In this document: piece after piece, positions 61,650-64,000 of the stretch
How positions within the stretch are numbered: the stretch's first letter is position 1
Layout: each line of letters opens with the position of its first letter
IMG/VR virus record: IMGVR_UViG_3300037553_000311
Location: 28,685 to 92,684 of that record
Direction: 5' to 3' (one strand)
Length of the DNA: 64,000 nucleotides
DNA from: a virus
Position numbers and translations under genes: made by a program
The notes under the pieces: model-generated
Databases searched by the model: none
What the model was told of the DNA's origin: nothing
What the model saw: only the letters and a program-made list of their open reading frames with translations

Positions 61650-63776
61650 ATGAGTAACGCCACTAACATATGTTCAAATATGAACATACCACCAGAATTA
61701 GTAGGAATGACATCATTATTATCACCAGGGATGGCTTCAAATTCAGGTGGTAGATTAGACATGTACTCTAGTCATCTGAGTGCATGGCGTGTACCTAAAG
61801 ATGGAGATACTCCCATCATATTCTCACCATTTGAGTCACTCTTTATAGATTACACATTCGACACTACTACTAGAGATAATGCTATCAAAGTAGTACAAGT
61901 CATACCTAAGTACGATATCAAATATGGTGTAATCACACTAGGGAATAATCCTACTAGCACTGTAATATATCGAGATCTTGAAACAGGTGAGATGTCATAT
62001 TTTAACCTACATAAGTATACATGCCTTACTAATGGGTTCGGGTATAAGAATAATATCAAATGTAATCTGATGCCAGGGACAGTACTAGATCCAGATGATG
62101 CAGTATATGATTCAGATGCTATATCTGATAGTGAATATCGTATGGGAGTGAATGCTAATGTAGCATTCATGTCTACACTAGATGGGACTGAGGATGCTAT
62201 CTGTATATCAGAAGAGATCAGTGAGAAACTTACCCCTACTGCTATAGATACGATCACTATCAAGGTCAATCTAGATCAATATCCACTAAACTTATATGGT
62301 AATGATTCTGATTATAAGATCCTACCAGATATAGGAGATGTAGTAAATGAAGATGGTATCATCTTTGGATCAAGGATAGTGAATGATATATCAGCTATCA
62401 CTGATCTAGATAGTGAAAAGCTATCCACTGTCAACTACTTATTTGATCAGTTGAAATATACTCACCCAGGAGCTACAGTAATTGACATCGAGGTATATCT
62501 AGATAGTAAAGTGAAACTACCACCGAGTATATATGATCAATTGATAAAGTATCGTAATGCTAAGTTAGAGTATTATTCTGCTATTGATCATATATATGAA
62601 GATAATAAGAATATCCCTATCTCAAATAAGCTAAACACTCTAATCAAAAGAGCTAAAGGAAGGTTATTAGCAGCAAAGAAGAATGTCAAAGATATAGGTA
62701 AACGTAACAAGGTGAGACTGGTAGATAGAATTGAACCTGTTGCACTTAAAGTGGAGATCACAGTAAAGTATGATGTATTAGTAAATAAAGGACATAAGAG
62801 TACAGGTAGAGATGGAGCTAAAGGAGTCATTGTAGTTACTAAACCTAGATCTGAGATGCCTACTGATGAGTATGGTGTAGTAGCTGATATATGTATCGAT
62901 CCTCTATCAGTACATAAGCGTACTAATCTATCTCAAATCTATGAGCAATATATCGGGAGATTGTTATTATTCATTACACGGAGTCTATCAGAGTTACCAG
63001 ATACAGCTTCACGTTTTAATAAGATAGTAGAGGTACTCTATGATATCAATCCCATATACTCTAACATAGTCAATAGTAATCATAAGAGTGAACGATTACG
63101 TGAAGAGTTTGTACAAGCATGTATGGAAGATGGTATCCGTGTATGTATTCCACCATCTATGAAAGGATTAGATTCAGATCTGATTACTAGGTTAGATGAT
63201 AAGTATAAGATTCCAGTATCACGAGTATCATTCATTCATACATTAGCAGATGGAACAAAGAAGAAGATCACTACTAAAGAACCAATACTCATTGGTCCTA
63301 AGTATATCTACCTACTAAATAAGTTTCCAAGACCGATAGCTAATGGATATAGCTATGTAAATAAGTATCACTTTCCTGTCAGTGCTAGATCAGGACCAGT
63401 GAATCGTAACAAGGATGTATTAGGTACGACTAGTATCAGATTAGGTGAAGCTGAATTTAAGATACTCACTACTGCTGTAGGATCTGATGTGGTGTTGAGA
63501 TTAAAGGCATTATTTGGTAACTCAGTGATAGGTCCTAAAGCTATGATCAATGCATTATTATCTACTAAGTATCCAAGTAGATTAAAGTGTGTAAATCTTA
63601 CAGATGAGGAACTTAAGGATGATCTCAGATCTACTCATATATTGAAGTCATATACTAACGCTATGGGTATAGATCTCCAGAATGTATTGATATCGGATAA
63701 GCATGCTGATGAGATATATGAGGATCTAGATACATATTTCACCGGTAATGATATCCCTATCGATCTAGACGTATAA
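61650..63776 (+). CDS. Non-virion RNA polymerase beta subunit, C-terminal part (phiKZ gp71-73-like)
   Basis: GVNANVAFMS, EDAICISE, G.K.TGR.G.KGVI, R.N..Q.YE and RLGEAE. Confidence 0.92.
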   Translation: MSNATNICSNMNIPPELVGMTSLLSPGMASNSGGRLDMYSSHLSAWRVPKDGDTPIIFSPFESLFIDYTFDTTTRDNAIKVVQVIPKYDIKYGVITLGNNPTSTVIYRDLETGEMSYFNLHKYTCLTNGFGYKNNIKCNLMPGTVLDPDDAVYDSDAISDSEYRMGVNANVAFMSTLDGTEDAICISEEISEKLTPTAIDTITIKVNLDQYPLNLYGNDSDYKILPDIGDVVNEDGIIFGSRIVNDISAITDLDSEKLSTVNYLFDQLKYTHPGATVIDIEVYLDSKVKLPPSIYDQLIKYRNAKLEYYSAIDHIYEDNKNIPISNKLNTLIKRAKGRLLAAKKNVKDIGKRNKVRLVDRIEPVALKVEITVKYDVLVNKGHKSTGRDGAKGVIVVTKPRSEMPTDEYGVVADICIDPLSVHKRTNLSQIYEQYIGRLLLFITRSLSELPDTASRFNKIVEVLYDINPIYSNIVNSNHKSERLREEFVQACMEDGIRVCIPPSMKGLDSDLITRLDDKYKIPVSRVSFIHTLADGTKKKITTKEPILIGPKYIYLLNKFPRPIANGYSYVNKYHFPVSARSGPVNRNKDVLGTTSIRLGEAEFKILTTAVGSDVVLRLKALFGNSVIGPKAMINALLSTKYPSRLKCVNLTDEELKDDLRSTHILKSYTNAMGIDLQNVLISDKHADEIYEDLDTYFTGNDIPIDLDV

Positions 63777-63785
63777 CATAAACTC

Positions 63786-63848
63786 ATCCATAGCATACCT
63801 ATCTGGTATGCTATGGATCTATATGTAGGGTACGGTTTCACTTTTTTA
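63786..63848 (+). terminator. CATAGCATACC hairpin plus T tract
   Basis: Nearly the same as the 24724 copy. Confidence 0.8.
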
Positions 63849-63915
63849 TGCACTCTCAGCATGAGTAATAAGTATCTACTACTCCCAAGAGTGAATCCAT
63901 CAGTAGCTTACTATT

Positions 63916-63938
63916 TCAGGTATATATCACTATAGTAG
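63916..63938 (+). promoter_or_regulatory. Putative early promoter followed by leader units to the window end
   Basis: tcaggtatatatcactatagtag. Confidence 0.7.
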
Positions 63939-64000
63939 AAGGTATCAGATACTACTTGATACCTCCCACTGATCTTCGATTAGTAGAAGGTATCAGATAC

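Noticed and set aside
1-64000. tRNA, rRNA, integrase or transposase genes
   Set aside because: No cloverleaf, rRNA-like stretch or recombinase/transposase motif recognised; such genes could lie outside the window.

Overview
AT-rich 64 kb segment of a phiKZ-like jumbo phage, very likely nucleus-forming (Chimalliviridae-type). The recognisable core includes a split family-B DNA polymerase, dNMP kinase, RuvC, ThyX, DnaB-like helicase, major capsid protein, RecA/UvsX, virion/baseplate proteins, a chimallin candidate, non-virion RNA polymerase subunits (beta-prime N-terminal part with DxDGD, gp68-like, beta C-terminal part), NAD-dependent ligase and SbcD. The most striking feature is non-coding. 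Intergenic DNA is assembled from a small kit of dispersed, near-identical modules: palindromic terminator, GCACTCT hairpin, TATATTAC-type early promoter (about 20 copies), 47-bp hairpin leader units in both orientations, and a fixed CCTTAGGAGGG RBS block. These modules frame variable single-gene cassettes, namely about 12 paralogous beta-propeller repeat genes and unrelated small ORFs sitting between near-identical flanks. One cassette is bracketed by an approximately 270-bp direct repeat, and a copy of another dispersed repeat splits the DNA polymerase gene. Assignments to phiKZ gp numbers come from remembered motifs and synteny, not from database searches. No tRNA, rRNA or CRISPR array was seen.
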